Assembly (NCBI GenBank): GCA_964650515.1
Contig: CAZYUB010000004.1
Coordinates: 5,541-69,540, forward strand
Length of the DNA: 64,000 nt
Direction of reading: 5' to 3'
Origin: an uncultured Planctomycetia bacterium
GTDB taxonomy: Bacteria; Omnitrophota; Gorgyraeia; Pluralincolimonadales; Pluralincolimonadaceae
The notes beneath the pieces were generated by a model. It made no database searches. It worked only from the letters and a program-made list of their open reading frames with translations, and was not told the origin of the DNA. Each line of letters begins with the position of its first letter. Within the stretch, counting starts at the first letter, position 1. Below are positions 37,255 to 48,225 of the stretch, piece after piece. The position numbers were made by a program, and so were the translations under genes.

Positions 37255-37812
37255 ATGAATGACAAGGAAGCGCGAATAGCCGTCTTTAAACGGATAAGGG
37301 ATATCCCGTACGCTATAGTGCCCGCGATGCGCGACCCGGCGGTCGGCCCGTGCATGATGCTTAAGGAGAACCGCGGCTCGTGCAACCCGAAGCATGTGCT
37401 GCTCGCGGATGAGTTCAGGAAGCTCGGACTCGAGGTAAGGTACGCAAATTATGCTTTTTACTGGGACGATCCTGCGGTAAAATATCCTCCGGAGCTCAGG
37501 GCGCTGACGAAAAAGTTGCCTGCGGGCAACCATCTTGCGGTCAAGGCGCTTATCGAAGGTAAATGGGTTCTTGTCGACGCGACATGGGACCTTCCGCTGA
37601 AGAAGGCCGGTTTCCCGGTAAACGAGGGCTGGGACGGCGTCAGCGATACGAGAAATGCAGTGACACCGATAAACGAAGTCCTCAACGAGACGATAGAGGA
37701 ACGGGTGAAATACGATACCGCCCTGCGTTCGAAGTATACAGACGGGCAGAAGGCGGCGTATGCGGAGTTCATGGATAAGTTGAATAAGTGGCTGGAGGAG
37801 TTACGTGCATAG
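37255..37812 (+). CDS. Transglutaminase-like (Cys-His-Asp) superfamily protein
   Basis: Candidate triad in GSCNPKH ... GNHLAV ... LVDATWD. Confidence 0.45.
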   Translation: MNDKEARIAVFKRIRDIPYAIVPAMRDPAVGPCMMLKENRGSCNPKHVLLADEFRKLGLEVRYANYAFYWDDPAVKYPPELRALTKKLPAGNHLAVKALIEGKWVLVDATWDLPLKKAGFPVNEGWDGVSDTRNAVTPINEVLNETIEERVKYDTALRSKYTDGQKAAYAEFMDKLNKWLEELRA

Positions 37813-38821
37813 ACCTGTCTCCCGCTGCGGCGGGACCTTGCCTTTTTTGGCTATTTTATTGGTAATTAGCGGAGGGTGCATGGCAAAATCCGAAGAAGCG
37901 GCCGTGAAGGTCCCCATATATTATGCGAAGGCCGGCGCGGTCAAAGAGATGCTGAAGGTCAATAGGCCTAATGCCGAATGGAAGAATGTGCTGACTCCCG
38001 AGCAGTACAAGGTTACCCGGCAGAGGGGCACGGAGAAGCCGTCGGGCGGCGTCTGCGAGACGCCTAAAGAAGACGGGTTGTATGAATGCGTCTCCTGCGG
38101 CACGGACCTTTTCGGGGCGTCTACGAAATTTGAGTCGGGAACGGGCTGGCCGAGTTTCTGGACGCCGGTAGCCCCCATCAATATTACGCTTCACGAGGAC
38201 CTTGATTTCGGGATGGAGCGAGTAGAGGTCGCTTGCGTCCGCTGCGGCGCGCACTTAGGCCATGTTTTTGACGACGGGCCCATGCCGACCGGCAAGCGCT
38301 ATTGCATAAACGGCGTCGCGCTGAAATTCGTCAAAGGGCCTTATAAGCCGGCACAGCTCGCGATATTCGCCGCGGGTTGCTTCTGGGGAGTCGAGGAATC
38401 CTTCAGGACCCTCAAAGGCGTGATATGGACCAGGGCCGGATACACCGGCGGGAACTTCAAGAATCCCACATACCAGGATGTCTGCAGCCATAAGACGGGG
38501 CATGCGGAGGCGGTGCAGGTGTTGTTCGACCCGTCGGTGATAACGTACAGCCAGTTGCTCGATGTATTCTGGAAGATACACGACCCGACCCAGGTCAACA
38601 GGCAGGGAGCGGACACGGGGTCGAATTACAGGTCCGCGATATTCTACCGGAACGCGGAACAGGAGAAACTTGCGAAGGAATCGAGGGACCGCCTCGAGAA
38701 ATCGGGAAAATCGAAGGGGAAGATAGCGACGCAAATTACGAAAGCGGGCGTCTTTTATCCCGCCGAAGAATACCACCAGCAGTATTACATGAAGCACAAC
38801 CTTCCGCCGCAGTGTAATTAG
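37805..38821 (+). CDS. msrBA: Bifunctional peptide-methionine sulfoxide reductase MsrB-MsrA with a lipoprotein-type signal peptide
   Basis: Msr[10 protein letters not shown]...GWPSFW...[14 protein letters not shown], followed by the MsrA motif [11 protein letters not shown]. Confidence 0.85.
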   Translation: MHRPVSRCGGTLPFLAILLVISGGCMAKSEEAAVKVPIYYAKAGAVKEMLKVNRPNAEWKNVLTPEQYKVTRQRGTEKPSGGVCETPKEDGLYECVSCGTDLFGASTKFESGTGWPSFWTPVAPINITLHEDLDFGMERVEVACVRCGAHLGHVFDDGPMPTGKRYCINGVALKFVKGPYKPAQLAIFAAGCFWGVEESFRTLKGVIWTRAGYTGGNFKNPTYQDVCSHKTGHAEAVQVLFDPSVITYSQLLDVFWKIHDPTQVNRQGADTGSNYRSAIFYRNAEQEKLAKESRDRLEKSGKSKGKIATQITKAGVFYPAEEYHQQYYMKHNLPPQCN

Positions 38822-38843
38822 GCCGGCGGGAAAGGAGGAGCGG

Positions 38844-39380
38844 ATGGCAGATATATTACCCGAAAAGTGGATGAAGGGCGTGGCGATAACCACGACGTGC
38901 CTGGCGGTCATGACCGCTATCGCCGCGTCGAGAGGCGCGGCCTGCGGGGCGAAGACGCAGCTTTTGACCGCGATAGAAGGCAGCCAATGGGCGTATTACC
39001 AGGCGAAGAGCATCAAGCAGAGCCTCGCCGAGACCCAATTGGGCGCCTTCGAGTCCGACGCGCTTGCGCCGAGGAACTCGAAACATATCGCGCTGCTGCA
39101 GAAGAAGATGGCGGAGGCCTCGTCGGAGATCGCGCGCTATGAGGGGGAGAAACAGGAGATAAAGAAGGATGCGGAAGCGACCGGGGCCCTGAACCGCCAG
39201 GTCGGCATGAAGGCGAACAAGTTCTCGATAGCGGTCGTCTTCTTCCAGATATCGATAATGATGTCGTCGGTCAGCGCGCTGTTGAAGAGGAAGGAACTCT
39301 GGTATATCGGCCTTGTCTTCGGCGCGATCGCGCTGGCCTACCTCGTGTACGCGCTGATGCTTAAACCGTTGCTGTTCTAA
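38844..39380 (+). CDS. DUF4337-like membrane protein
   Basis: N-terminal TM helix, coiled-coil middle, C-terminal TM helix. Confidence 0.4.
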   Translation: MADILPEKWMKGVAITTTCLAVMTAIAASRGAACGAKTQLLTAIEGSQWAYYQAKSIKQSLAETQLGAFESDALAPRNSKHIALLQKKMAEASSEIARYEGEKQEIKKDAEATGALNRQVGMKANKFSIAVVFFQISIMMSSVSALLKRKELWYIGLVFGAIALAYLVYALMLKPLLF

Positions 39381-39397
39381 AAAGACAGGAGGTACGG

Positions 39398-39913
39398 ATG
39401 GACGTCCAGCAGATGTGGGAAAAAGCGCTAACTTATATCATACCCTACGGATTGTCTTTTATAACAGCTCTGCTTATCTTCCTGGTCGGAAAATGGGTCG
39501 CGAAGGTCGTCGCTAGTATCGCGCAGGTCGCGATGGAGAAATCGAGGGTACACAAGTCGCTCGCGTCATTCGCGAAGAGCATATTGTATTACGGCATCCT
39601 TATATTTGTCATACTGGCCGCGCTCAACAAGCTCGGGGTCGAGACGAACTCGTTCGTCGCGATAATCGGCGCCGCGGGCCTCGCCGTCGGCCTGGCCCTG
39701 CAGGGCTCGTTGGCCAATTTCGCGGGCGGAGTAATGATAATCCTTCTGCATCCGTTCGATGTCGGCGATACGATAGAAGCCGGAGGCGCGTCGGGCAAGG
39801 TCACCGAGATTCAGATATTCAGCACCGTCATAGAGACGCCGGAGAAGAAGGTAATCGTCCCGAACGCGAAGATCACCGGCGACAAGATAACCGTATTCAC
39901 GCAGAAGGCGTGA
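39398..39913 (+). CDS. Small MscS-type mechanosensitive channel homologue
   Basis: Pore helix GAAGLAVGLALQGSLANFAGGVMIILLHPFDVGDTIE. Confidence 0.65.
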   Translation: MDVQQMWEKALTYIIPYGLSFITALLIFLVGKWVAKVVASIAQVAMEKSRVHKSLASFAKSILYYGILIFVILAALNKLGVETNSFVAIIGAAGLAVGLALQGSLANFAGGVMIILLHPFDVGDTIEAGGASGKVTEIQIFSTVIETPEKKVIVPNAKITGDKITVFTQKA

Positions 39914-39942
39914 CGTTACCGTAAAACAGGAGGAGATGCGGA

Positions 39943-40308
39943 ATGAACAGGATAGCGATGGCGGCATTTGCGTTAATGATCGGCGCGGCCCTGCTTGTGT
40001 CGGGGTGCGGGCAGAAGGCGGCCTCGACGGCGTCAAGCGGCGACGCGATAAAGAACTCGCAGGCGCTCCAGACCGTAAGCGAGAAAGTTAAGTACCTCGT
40101 CGGCCAGGCAAACACGTTCATGAACTCGAAGAACTACCAGCAGGCGGTCAACGTCGCGCAGTATATACTTACGAACCTCGATAAGGACTCCGCCGACGCG
40201 AAGAGCATATTGCAGAAGGCGACTGAGTTGCTGAAAGCCGAAGCGGCGAAGGCGATGGATTCGGCCAAGACCGACCTTCAGAACAAGCTCGGCGGGTTAG
40301 GTAAATAA
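39943..40308 (+). CDS. Lipoprotein, hypothetical
   Basis: Lipobox LVSGC. Confidence 0.45.
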   Translation: MNRIAMAAFALMIGAALLVSGCGQKAASTASSGDAIKNSQALQTVSEKVKYLVGQANTFMNSKNYQQAVNVAQYILTNLDKDSADAKSILQKATELLKAEAAKAMDSAKTDLQNKLGGLGK

Positions 40309-40610
40309 TGGGCATGCGCGTTTGCGGGCTTATGATGGCGCTCGCGTTGGCTTTACTTTCCGCCGGATGCGATGAAGGCGCGCAGGACGGGAAAACCCTC
40401 GATTCAAAGGATGTGGAACAGGCAGTGTCGCAGGCGGACCAGGGCCTCAAGGATATAGCGAAGGAGGCGGAGGCCTCATCGGAGGCGGTCAATAAGCACC
40501 TGCCCTCGATAATGGAAAGCATTAAGAAGATCCTCGGTATCGTCGATAAAGAAGCTAAACAGGTCCAGCAGGAGCTCGATAAGCTGCCGAAACAGCAGCC
40601 GCAGCAGTAG
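40308..40610 (+). CDS. Lipoprotein, hypothetical
   Basis: Lipobox LSAGC; Gln-rich C-terminus. Confidence 0.45.
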   Translation: MGMRVCGLMMALALALLSAGCDEGAQDGKTLDSKDVEQAVSQADQGLKDIAKEAEASSEAVNKHLPSIMESIKKILGIVDKEAKQVQQELDKLPKQQPQQ

Positions 40611-40639
40611 ATCAGCCGTCCGGCGCCCGTAAAGAGGCA

Positions 40640-40674
40640 TTGCCTGCTTTATTTTGGGCGCTGGATTTGGTATA
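40640..40674 (+). promoter_or_regulatory. Candidate extended -10 promoter for trpB2
   Basis: TGGTATAAT at 40666-40674, with TTATTT 16 nt upstream. Confidence 0.35.
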
Positions 40675-40723
40675 ATAACCCCGTATCGTAAATCTTGCCC
40701 GTAAAATCATAAGGAGCCCCGTA

Positions 40724-42073
40724 ATGGACAACGAAAGAGTGATTTTGCCGTTAAACGACATCCCGAAGGCATGGTACAACATCATGCCCGACCTTCCGGA
40801 GCAGCTTCCGCCCCCGCTGAATCCTGCAACGGGTAAGCCGCTTGGTCCCGCAGACCTGGCGCCCATATTCCCGATGTCGTTGATAGAGCAGGAGATGAGC
40901 AGCCAGCGCTGGATCGATATACCCGATGAAGTCCTCGATGTCTACAAAATATACAGGCCGACTCCGCTCAAGAGGGCGGTACGCCTTGAGAAGGCGCTCA
41001 AGACCAATTGCAGGATATATTATAAGGACGAGAGCGTATCGCCCGCCGGAAGCCATAAGCTGAATACCGCCATCGCGCAGGCATATTATAATAAAAAAGA
41101 GGGCGTAAAACGCATCTCGACGGAGACCGGGGCGGGGCAGTGGGGTTCCGCGCTTTCATTCGCGTGCAATATACTCGGGCTAAAGTGCACCGTATATATG
41201 GTCAAGGCGAGCTATTTCCAGAAGCCGTACCGCAAATCCCTGATGCATGTCTGGGGCGCGGAGGTCTTCCCGTCTCCGACGAACAAGACCAATTACGGCC
41301 GCGCGGCGCTCGCGGAAGACCCCGAGACGCCGGGCAGTTTGGGCATCGCGATATCCGAGGCGGTCGAGGACGCGGCCACGCACGACGACACGAAATATTC
41401 CCTCGGAAGCGTATTGAACCACGTGCTGACGCACCAGTCGGTCATCGGCCTCGAATCGAAGAAACAGCTCGAGCTCATAGGCGAGAAGCCCGATACCCTC
41501 ATAGCGTGTGTCGGAGGAGGGAGCAACTTCGCGGGGTTCGCTTTCCCGTTCGTGCCCGAGAAGCTGAAAGGAAAAGATATGAAGATAATCGCGGTGGAAC
41601 CGACCGCCTGCCCGTCGCTTACCAAGGGCGAATATCTTTATGATTTTGGCGATACGGGCAAGCTTACGCCGCTCGTCAAGATGTATACGCTCGGCCACAG
41701 CTTTATCCCCGCGGGAATACATGCGGGCGGGCTCAGGTACCATGGGGTCGCGCCGCAGGTATCGCTTCTTGCGAAAAAGAAAGTGATAGAGTCGAGGGCA
41801 TTCTCGCAGAATCCCGTCTTCGAGGCGGCGATAATGTGGGCGAGGACCGAAGGGTTCCTGCCGGCGCCTGAAACATCGCACGCGATACGCTGCGCGATAG
41901 ACGAGGCGAAGAAGAACGACAAGAAGGTCATCGTCTTCAATTACAGCGGCCACGGCCATTTCGACCTCTCCGCGTATGACGCTTATCTCGAAGGGAAGCT
42001 CGAGGATTACGAGCATCCGGAAGAGAAGATAAAAGAGGCGATAAAGAAGATTCCGGAGATCGGGAACGCATGA
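40724..42073 (+). CDS. trpB2: TrpB-like PLP-dependent enzyme (tryptophan synthase beta, type 2)
   Basis: Long TrpB2-type N-terminus; PLP lysine region [11 protein letters not shown]; glycine-rich loop. Confidence 0.85.
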   Translation: MDNERVILPLNDIPKAWYNIMPDLPEQLPPPLNPATGKPLGPADLAPIFPMSLIEQEMSSQRWIDIPDEVLDVYKIYRPTPLKRAVRLEKALKTNCRIYYKDESVSPAGSHKLNTAIAQAYYNKKEGVKRISTETGAGQWGSALSFACNILGLKCTVYMVKASYFQKPYRKSLMHVWGAEVFPSPTNKTNYGRAALAEDPETPGSLGIAISEAVEDAATHDDTKYSLGSVLNHVLTHQSVIGLESKKQLELIGEKPDTLIACVGGGSNFAGFAFPFVPEKLKGKDMKIIAVEPTACPSLTKGEYLYDFGDTGKLTPLVKMYTLGHSFIPAGIHAGGLRYHGVAPQVSLLAKKKVIESRAFSQNPVFEAAIMWARTEGFLPAPETSHAIRCAIDEAKKNDKKVIVFNYSGHGHFDLSAYDAYLEGKLEDYEHPEEKIKEAIKKIPEIGNA

Positions 42074-44448
42074 GGGTGTCCCCTCGGAGGATGGCTCCTA
42101 TATATCGGTTTATAGATAGCAACGGGACGTTCACGGTAAAGGACCCGCAGAGGTTTAGTTTGTATTTCCCGCTGACGGATAAGGACGGGCGGATACTCAG
42201 CTCGATAAGCCCGAACCTCGGCGGGGACATAAAGCGCGACAACGACCGTTTCCTGACGCCGCCGGCGAGCATAGAGGATATCCGCAACAACCTCTTCTGC
42301 CGCCGCGATTTTTTCCTGAAAGCAGGCGGCCATGTGATACGGCTGTCATACCCGCACGACGACGTGCTCGAGGCGGGATTCCTCTACCATAAAGTGACGA
42401 AGAGGACGGCGGGCCTGAAGATAGAGATACTCAATTTCGTCCCGTTCGACATGCCGGTAGAAGTCATGCAGGTGCGCGTCACGAACTACAGCGGCAAGGA
42501 CATCGATATCACCCCGACCTCGTTCATCCCGTTATTCGGACGCAGCGAGAAGAACATCCGCGACCACAGGCATGTGAGCTCCCTGCTCAACCGCGTCGAG
42601 CTCGACAGGCACGGGATATTCCTGAAGCCCACGATGATATTCGACGAGAAGGGCCACATGGAGAACAGGACGCAGTATTTTGTCCTCGGATACGAGGGAA
42701 GCGGCAAGGCGCCCGTCGGCCAGTATCCGGCCCTCGGGATGTTTTACGGCGAGGGGGACATGATATTCCCCGACGCTATATACAAGCTCGTCGTGCCGGC
42801 GACGAGGAAAACGCCGGATTTCGACGGGAAAGAGGCCTGCGGCGCATTCAGGTTCTCGCGCCGGATATTAAAAAAGGGCGCTTCGCAGGAATATTGCCTG
42901 GTCATGGGGATCGAGGAGAGGAAGAGCGACGCGCTGAAATATTTCCGGAAGCTCAATACCCCCGCGAAGGTCGCCAAAAGCCTGGTCGCCACTAAAAAAT
43001 ACTGGCGCAATTATCTTTCAAAGCCCCCGCTCAGGTTTAAGGACAGCGATTACAACAACTGGCTGTTGTGGGTAAAGCTGCAGCCGACGCTCCGGAAATT
43101 GTTCGGCTGCTCGTTCCTGCCGCATTTCGATTACGGCAAAGGCGGCCGCGGCTGGCGCGATATCTGGCAGGATGCGCTGACGCTATTATTAACAGAGCCG
43201 AAGAAGGCGAAAGATTTCATATTCGGGAGTTTCAGGGGCGTCCGGCTCGACGGGTCGAACGCGACGATAATAACGAAGGACGGCAGGTTCATCGCCGACC
43301 GCAACAGGATAAGCCGCGTATGGATGGACCACGGCATCTGGCCGTACCTTACCACGCGCATGTATATTAACAAGACGGGGGACACCGGCTTCATGCTCAG
43401 GGACGCGGAATATTTCCGTGACCACCAGCTGAAGCGCGCGAAAGAGACGGACAAGTCATTCAGCCAGGCGGATTTCATCCAGCGCGACAGCTCCGGCAAG
43501 GTATACAAGGGCAGCGTCCTAGAGCACCTTCTTGTCCAGAACCTTGTCCAGTTCTTCAATGTCGGCGAACATAACGTGATACGCCTCGAGAACGCCGACT
43601 GGAACGACGGCCTCGACATGGCTTCCGACAGGGGAGAGAGCGTCACGTTCAGCTTCATGTACGCGCATAACCTCTGGGACATCTGCTCGATCCTCGAGAA
43701 GATGAAACAAAAACACGAGAAAGTAAAGGTCCTCGTTGAGCTCCTGCCCTTGCTCGACAGCATGAGCTCGCCGGTAGATTACGGCGACTACAGGCAAAAG
43801 CAGAAGCGGCTCGACGAATACATGGAGTCGGTGAAGAGCATAAGCGGGCAGAAAGTCGAGGTCGATATTGACGATCTCGCGAAAGACCTCCGCAAGAAAG
43901 CCGACCACATGTTCGCATGGCTCGGCGAAAAGGAATGGATGCCGGCCGCGGGTTTCTTCAACGGCTATTACGACAACAACGGCCGCCGCGTCGAGGGTAG
44001 GAATAAAGGCCATGTAAGGATGAAACTGCAATCGCAGGTCTTCGCGATAATGAGCGGCGGAGCGACCGACGAACAGATCGCCGTGATATGGGCTTCGATA
44101 AAGAAGCACCTCAAGGACAGGCGCCTCGGCGGTTTCCGCCTCAGCACGGATTTCAAGTCGCTCTATATGGAACTCGGGCGCGCGTTCGGGTTCGCCTACG
44201 GCGACAAGGAGAACGGCGCGTTCTTCAACCACATGGTCGTGATGCTCGCTAACGCCCTTTACAGGAGAGGCTTCAAGAAAGAGGGCAAGGAGGTCCTCGA
44301 CTCGATATACAAGATGGCGACCGGCGACAGGGCGCGCATCTATCCGATGATACCGGAATATTTCAATAACGAGGGCCGCGGGCTTTACCTGTACCTGACC
44401 GGCTCGGCGAGCTGGTATATCTATACGCTTATCGAGGAAGTCCTGTGA
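42070..44448 (+). CDS. (alpha/alpha)6-barrel glycoside hydrolase/phosphorylase-like protein (GH94/GT36-like)
   Basis: About 790 aa; [10 protein letters not shown] resembles the catalytic DWND region of GH94 phosphorylases. Confidence 0.4.
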   Translation: MRVSPRRMAPIYRFIDSNGTFTVKDPQRFSLYFPLTDKDGRILSSISPNLGGDIKRDNDRFLTPPASIEDIRNNLFCRRDFFLKAGGHVIRLSYPHDDVLEAGFLYHKVTKRTAGLKIEILNFVPFDMPVEVMQVRVTNYSGKDIDITPTSFIPLFGRSEKNIRDHRHVSSLLNRVELDRHGIFLKPTMIFDEKGHMENRTQYFVLGYEGSGKAPVGQYPALGMFYGEGDMIFPDAIYKLVVPATRKTPDFDGKEACGAFRFSRRILKKGASQEYCLVMGIEERKSDALKYFRKLNTPAKVAKSLVATKKYWRNYLSKPPLRFKDSDYNNWLLWVKLQPTLRKLFGCSFLPHFDYGKGGRGWRDIWQDALTLLLTEPKKAKDFIFGSFRGVRLDGSNATIITKDGRFIADRNRISRVWMDHGIWPYLTTRMYINKTGDTGFMLRDAEYFRDHQLKRAKETDKSFSQADFIQRDSSGKVYKGSVLEHLLVQNLVQFFNVGEHNVIRLENADWNDGLDMASDRGESVTFSFMYAHNLWDICSILEKMKQKHEKVKVLVELLPLLDSMSSPVDYGDYRQKQKRLDEYMESVKSISGQKVEVDIDDLAKDLRKKADHMFAWLGEKEWMPAAGFFNGYYDNNGRRVEGRNKGHVRMKLQSQVFAIMSGGATDEQIAVIWASIKKHLKDRRLGGFRLSTDFKSLYMELGRAFGFAYGDKENGAFFNHMVVMLANALYRRGFKKEGKEVLDSIYKMATGDRARIYPMIPEYFNNEGRGLYLYLTGSASWYIYTLIEEVL

Positions 44449-45308
44449 AGAAAGAATACCTGATATTCGCCTCAATAATCATCGTGATAGCCGTGCTTGC
44501 CGTCATCGGCAGGTCGCTTATTACCGATTTCGCGATAAAACAGATAAAGGGCGCTTTTCCGGATTACAGTGTCGCGGTCGGCAATGCCGAGATAAAGAGC
44601 GTCGACCTTATATCTTTCAGCGATATTGAGATCGCCAAAGGCGACACTAACAGGTACAGGGTCAGGGAGCTGGATATACGGTTCACTCCGCTGACCCCGT
44701 TTGGCAGGACGATACCCAAGGTGTCGGTCGACGGCTGCAGCATAGTCGTGTCCTCCCCGAAGGGAAAGCTCAAGGAGCTCGTCCAGTTCCCCAAGGCGAA
44801 GGCGGGCCCGATGTTCATAATCGAGTCGCTCGAGATAAACGACCTTGTCCTCGAGATACACACGTCCGATTTCGACACGACGGCCCTGATACGGGCCAAT
44901 GCGGCCATTAAAAGGGATATCTCGTACGACGCCGTCGTTAAGGTCGAGAAGATAAACCTGGGCCTTCTCGCGAAGATGCTCGGGGCGGGGGAGAAGGTCG
45001 ATATAAGCGGTAAGATGGGCGGCGAGATATCGCTGAGCGGGAAGGACTTCAGGATAGACGCGATAAAGGGCGAGTTCACGGCCAAAAACCCCGGCGGCAC
45101 GGTGATAATAAAGGACGAGGAGTTCATCAATACGCTGGCAAAGCAGTCGAAACAGCCGGTGGAGATGATACGCGACAGCTTCAAATTCTATAACTATACG
45201 AGCGGGACGCTGTCGGTATCGAAAGACAAGGACGCGATATTGCTGCACCTGTTGATGGAAGGATTGCAGGGGAAGAGGGACCTGACGATAGCGTTGCACG
45301 GATTTTAA
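44445..45308 (+). CDS. Membrane-anchored hypothetical protein
   Basis: N-terminal TM helix; the antisense ORF is rejected. Confidence 0.45.
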   Translation: MKKEYLIFASIIIVIAVLAVIGRSLITDFAIKQIKGAFPDYSVAVGNAEIKSVDLISFSDIEIAKGDTNRYRVRELDIRFTPLTPFGRTIPKVSVDGCSIVVSSPKGKLKELVQFPKAKAGPMFIIESLEINDLVLEIHTSDFDTTALIRANAAIKRDISYDAVVKVEKINLGLLAKMLGAGEKVDISGKMGGEISLSGKDFRIDAIKGEFTAKNPGGTVIIKDEEFINTLAKQSKQPVEMIRDSFKFYNYTSGTLSVSKDKDAILLHLLMEGLQGKRDLTIALHGF

Positions 45309-45319
45309 AGGAGGATAAG

Positions 45320-45886
45320 ATGAAGAACAGGATGGCGGTGCCGGTAACGGTTTTACTCGTGATTTTGGTGATGGGCTGCGCGTCGGTTCAGGTCAAGGCG
45401 CCCAAGGACCCGATAAAGGTCGATATAACCATGCGGCTTGACGTTTACCAGCATGTCGAGAAGGATATCGACAGCATAGAGGACATAGTGTCCGGCAAGG
45501 CCGCCCCGAAGCCGAAGGGCGGTATGCAGCTGAACCTGCTTTTCACGAACGCTTACGCGGAGGAGGGCCTTTCGGCGGATGTCGAACAGGCGGCGTTAAG
45601 GCGCAGGGACAGGAGGGATGAGCTCGTATCCTGGGAGCAGAAAGGCGTCATCGGCGAGAACAGCATGGGGCTTGTCGAGGCGAGGTCCGGTCAGGCGCCC
45701 GGCGGGCTGGTAAGCGCCGAGAATGCCGATAGGATGGTGATATATAAGGGGATAGCGAAGAAGAACGGGACCTCGGTAGAGGATGTGCAGAAGATATATG
45801 CCGTCCGCCTGCAGGAAGACGCCCCTGCGGGGACCCCGATAGAGATCGCGGCCCCGGCGGGAAACCGCGTATGGAAGACAAAATAA
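45320..45886 (+). CDS. Lipoprotein, YdbL/DUF1318-like
   Basis: Lipobox VMGC; C-terminal IYKGIAKKNGTSVEDVQKIYAVR. Confidence 0.4.
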   Translation: MKNRMAVPVTVLLVILVMGCASVQVKAPKDPIKVDITMRLDVYQHVEKDIDSIEDIVSGKAAPKPKGGMQLNLLFTNAYAEEGLSADVEQAALRRRDRRDELVSWEQKGVIGENSMGLVEARSGQAPGGLVSAENADRMVIYKGIAKKNGTSVEDVQKIYAVRLQEDAPAGTPIEIAAPAGNRVWKTK

Positions 45887-46108
45887 TTGAAGATAGCGGT
45901 AAAGGTCAAGGCCGGCTCCAGCAGGGAGAAGGTCGAGAAGACAGGCGACGGGAACTACGCGGTATGGGTCAGGGCCAAGCCAACGGACGGCAAGGCGAAC
46001 GAGGCGGTGATTAAAGCCCTTGCCGCGCATTTCGATATTTCAAGATCCCGCGTGGCGCTCATAAGCGGGCATACGTCAAAACAGAAATTACTATCGATAG
46101 ATGTTTAA
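45887..46108 (+). CDS. DUF167 (YggU) family protein (TTG start)
   Basis: IAVKVKAGSSREKVE...VWVRAKPTDGKANEAVIKALAAHF. Confidence 0.7.
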   Translation: MKIAVKVKAGSSREKVEKTGDGNYAVWVRAKPTDGKANEAVIKALAAHFDISRSRVALISGHTSKQKLLSIDV

Positions 46109-46760
46109 ACTTGTGATATTCGACATAGACGGGACGATCGTCGACGCCTACAGCGCGATAGAGAAGAGCCTGAATTTCGCGCTGCAAAAGCTCGGCTACC
46201 CGAAGGCGAAGATGCCGGTCATAAGGAAGGCCGTGGGCCACGGCGACAGGAACTTCGTCGAGCAATTCGTCGGCCGGAAGGACGTCGAGGAGGGGCTGAA
46301 ACTCTACAGGGCGCACCACGAGAAGGCCCTGCTGAAACACTCGAAAGTCATACCGGGAGCCAGGCGACTGCTGGCCGGCCTTAAGAAGTCCGGCTATAAG
46401 CTCGCAATCGCGAGCAACAGGCCGCCGAATTACAGCATGATATTGTTGAAGCACCTCGACCTGTTGAAATATTTCGACGTGATTGAGTGCGCGAAGAACA
46501 AGAGGCAGATAAAGCCCAAGCCGTTCCTGATACCGAGGATACTGAGGAAGCTCAAGGTAGACAATAAGTCGGCGCTGTATGTCGGCGATATGACGGTCGA
46601 CGTGCACGCAGGGCACAACGCGGGCGTTAAGGTAGTCGCGGTCCTCGGCGGTTCTTCATCCCACTCCGAATTGAAGGAGGCGGGCCCCTGCGGCATAACC
46701 AGAAAGATATCCGGCCTGCTGAAAGTGGCGAAAAAATGCCGAAAGAAAGCATACTTATAG
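46101..46760 (+). CDS. HAD-superfamily hydrolase (phosphoglycolate-phosphatase-like)
   Basis: Motif I FDIDGTIVD; motif III/IV region YVGDMTVDV. Confidence 0.75.
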   Translation: MFKLVIFDIDGTIVDAYSAIEKSLNFALQKLGYPKAKMPVIRKAVGHGDRNFVEQFVGRKDVEEGLKLYRAHHEKALLKHSKVIPGARRLLAGLKKSGYKLAIASNRPPNYSMILLKHLDLLKYFDVIECAKNKRQIKPKPFLIPRILRKLKVDNKSALYVGDMTVDVHAGHNAGVKVVAVLGGSSSHSELKEAGPCGITRKISGLLKVAKKCRKKAYL

Positions 46761-46786
46761 GAAGACGAAAGGGTCCTATTTTTTTC

Positions 46787-46813
46787 TTGACAATACTCTA
46801 CCAAAATGGTAGA
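46787..46813 (+). promoter_or_regulatory. Candidate promoter plus palindromic operator upstream of the Rrf2 regulator
   Basis: TTGACA (46787-46792) followed by the palindrome CTACCAAAATGGTAG (46798-46812). Confidence 0.45.
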
Positions 46814-46841
46814 AATAGTAGAAATTGAATGGAGACCGGAA

Positions 46842-48221
46842 ATGAAGATGTCGACGAGGGGAAGGTATGGGGTGCGGCTGATGCTCGAGCTCGCGGCGCA
46901 TTACGGGAAAGGGGCCGAGACGCTTAAACAGATATCGAAGAGCCAGTGCATATCGGAGAAGTACCTATGGCACCTGGTGCCGCCGCTTAAGGCTGCGGGG
47001 CTCTTGGCTTCGGGAAGAGGCGCGCACGGCGGGTATTCGCTCGCGAAGTCACCCTCGAAAATAACGCTTAAGGATATCGTGACGGCTGCGGAAGGCCCGC
47101 TGTTCCCGACAATGTGCGCGGGGAACCCCTCGTCATGTAAAAGGTCGTCCTTGTGCGCGTCAAGGGACATTTGGGAAGAGATTGGCAGGAAGGTCGGGCA
47201 GATACTGTCCTCGGTGACGCTCGAAGAGCTGATGCAGAGGCAGAATAACAAGGCGAAAAAACCACCGGTATGTATTACATATAGGAGGAGGAAGATGGGC
47301 AGGATATTCGAAGATATAATTGAGGCGATAGGCAACACTCCGTTGGTTAAGATAAACTGCCTTGCCAGGGGCATGAACGCCGAGATACTGGCCAAGATGG
47401 AGTCGTTCAACCCGCTTTCGAGCGTCAAAGACAGGATAGGCGCAGCGATGATAGAGGCGGCCGAAGAGAAGGGGCTTATCGACGAGGGGAGCGTCATCAT
47501 CGAGCCGACGAGCGGAAATACCGGTGTCGCTCTCGCGTTCGTGTGCGCCTCGAAGGGCTACCGCCTGATATTAACGATGCCGGAGACGATGAGCGTCGAG
47601 AGGAGGCAGCTGCTGGGGATACTCGGCGCGGAGATAGTGCTGACAGAGGGAGCCAAAGGCATGAAGGGCGCCATCGATAAGGCGAAGGATCTCGCGAAGC
47701 AGACGCCGAATAGTTATATACCGGACCAGTTCTCGAACCCCGCTAATCCGGAGATACACAGGAAGACGACCGCGGAAGAGATATGGATGGACACCGGCGG
47801 CAAGGTCGATATCTTTATCGCGGGCGTCGGCACCGGCGGGACGCTGACCGGCGTCGGGGAAGTCCTTAAAAAAAGGAACCCGAAAGTTAAGGTCATAGCC
47901 GTTGAGCCGAAGGACAGCCCCGTGCTCTCGGGAGGCAATCCGGGCCCTCACAAGATACAGGGGATAGGCGCGGGTTTTGTGCCGAAGGTCTTGAATACGG
48001 GCGTGATCGATGAGATAATACAGGTCGCTTCAGAGGATGCCGGCGAGATATCGCGCCGCCTCGCGAAGGAAGAAGGCATTCTCGCGGGCATATCGTGCGG
48101 CGCGGCCATGTGGGCGGCGCTCGAGGTCGCGAAACGGCCCGAATCCAACGGTAAGACGATAGTCGTCATCCTTCCCGATACCGGGGAACGCTATCTATCC
48201 ACGTGGTTATTCCAGGAGTGA
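46842..48221 (+). CDS. Rrf2-family (IscR/CymR-like) regulator in one continuous frame with cysteine synthase CysK
   Basis: Rrf2 [19 protein letters not shown].. plus a Cys cluster ([14 protein letters not shown]); then, with no stop codon, the RBS-like AGGAGGAGG followed by ATG GGC... starting a complete CysK ([27 protein letters not shown]). Confidence 0.6.
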   Translation: MKMSTRGRYGVRLMLELAAHYGKGAETLKQISKSQCISEKYLWHLVPPLKAAGLLASGRGAHGGYSLAKSPSKITLKDIVTAAEGPLFPTMCAGNPSSCKRSSLCASRDIWEEIGRKVGQILSSVTLEELMQRQNNKAKKPPVCITYRRRKMGRIFEDIIEAIGNTPLVKINCLARGMNAEILAKMESFNPLSSVKDRIGAAMIEAAEEKGLIDEGSVIIEPTSGNTGVALAFVCASKGYRLILTMPETMSVERRQLLGILGAEIVLTEGAKGMKGAIDKAKDLAKQTPNSYIPDQFSNPANPEIHRKTTAEEIWMDTGGKVDIFIAGVGTGGTLTGVGEVLKKRNPKVKVIAVEPKDSPVLSGGNPGPHKIQGIGAGFVPKVLNTGVIDEIIQVASEDAGEISRRLAKEEGILAGISCGAAMWAALEVAKRPESNGKTIVVILPDTGERYLSTWLFQE

Positions 48222-48225
48222 GGAT

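Noticed and set aside
40611-40723. Possible intrinsic terminator AGGCA-TT-TGCCT + TTTATTTT after the lipoprotein gene
   Set aside because: Only a 5-bp stem. It is more likely part of the trpB2 promoter region, where an extended -10 TGGTATAAT follows. Kept only as a low-confidence promoter feature.
43519-44475. 318-aa minus-strand ORF opposite the GH94-like gene
   Set aside because: Arg/Glu/Val-rich with no start context. It is antisense to a 792-aa gene carrying a recognisable catalytic motif.
44472-45299. 275-aa minus-strand ORF that mirrors the 44445..45308 gene almost exactly
   Set aside because: The + strand product has an N-terminal TM anchor and balanced composition. The minus-strand product is Arg/Gln/Tyr-rich with no features. 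The operon is otherwise all + strand.
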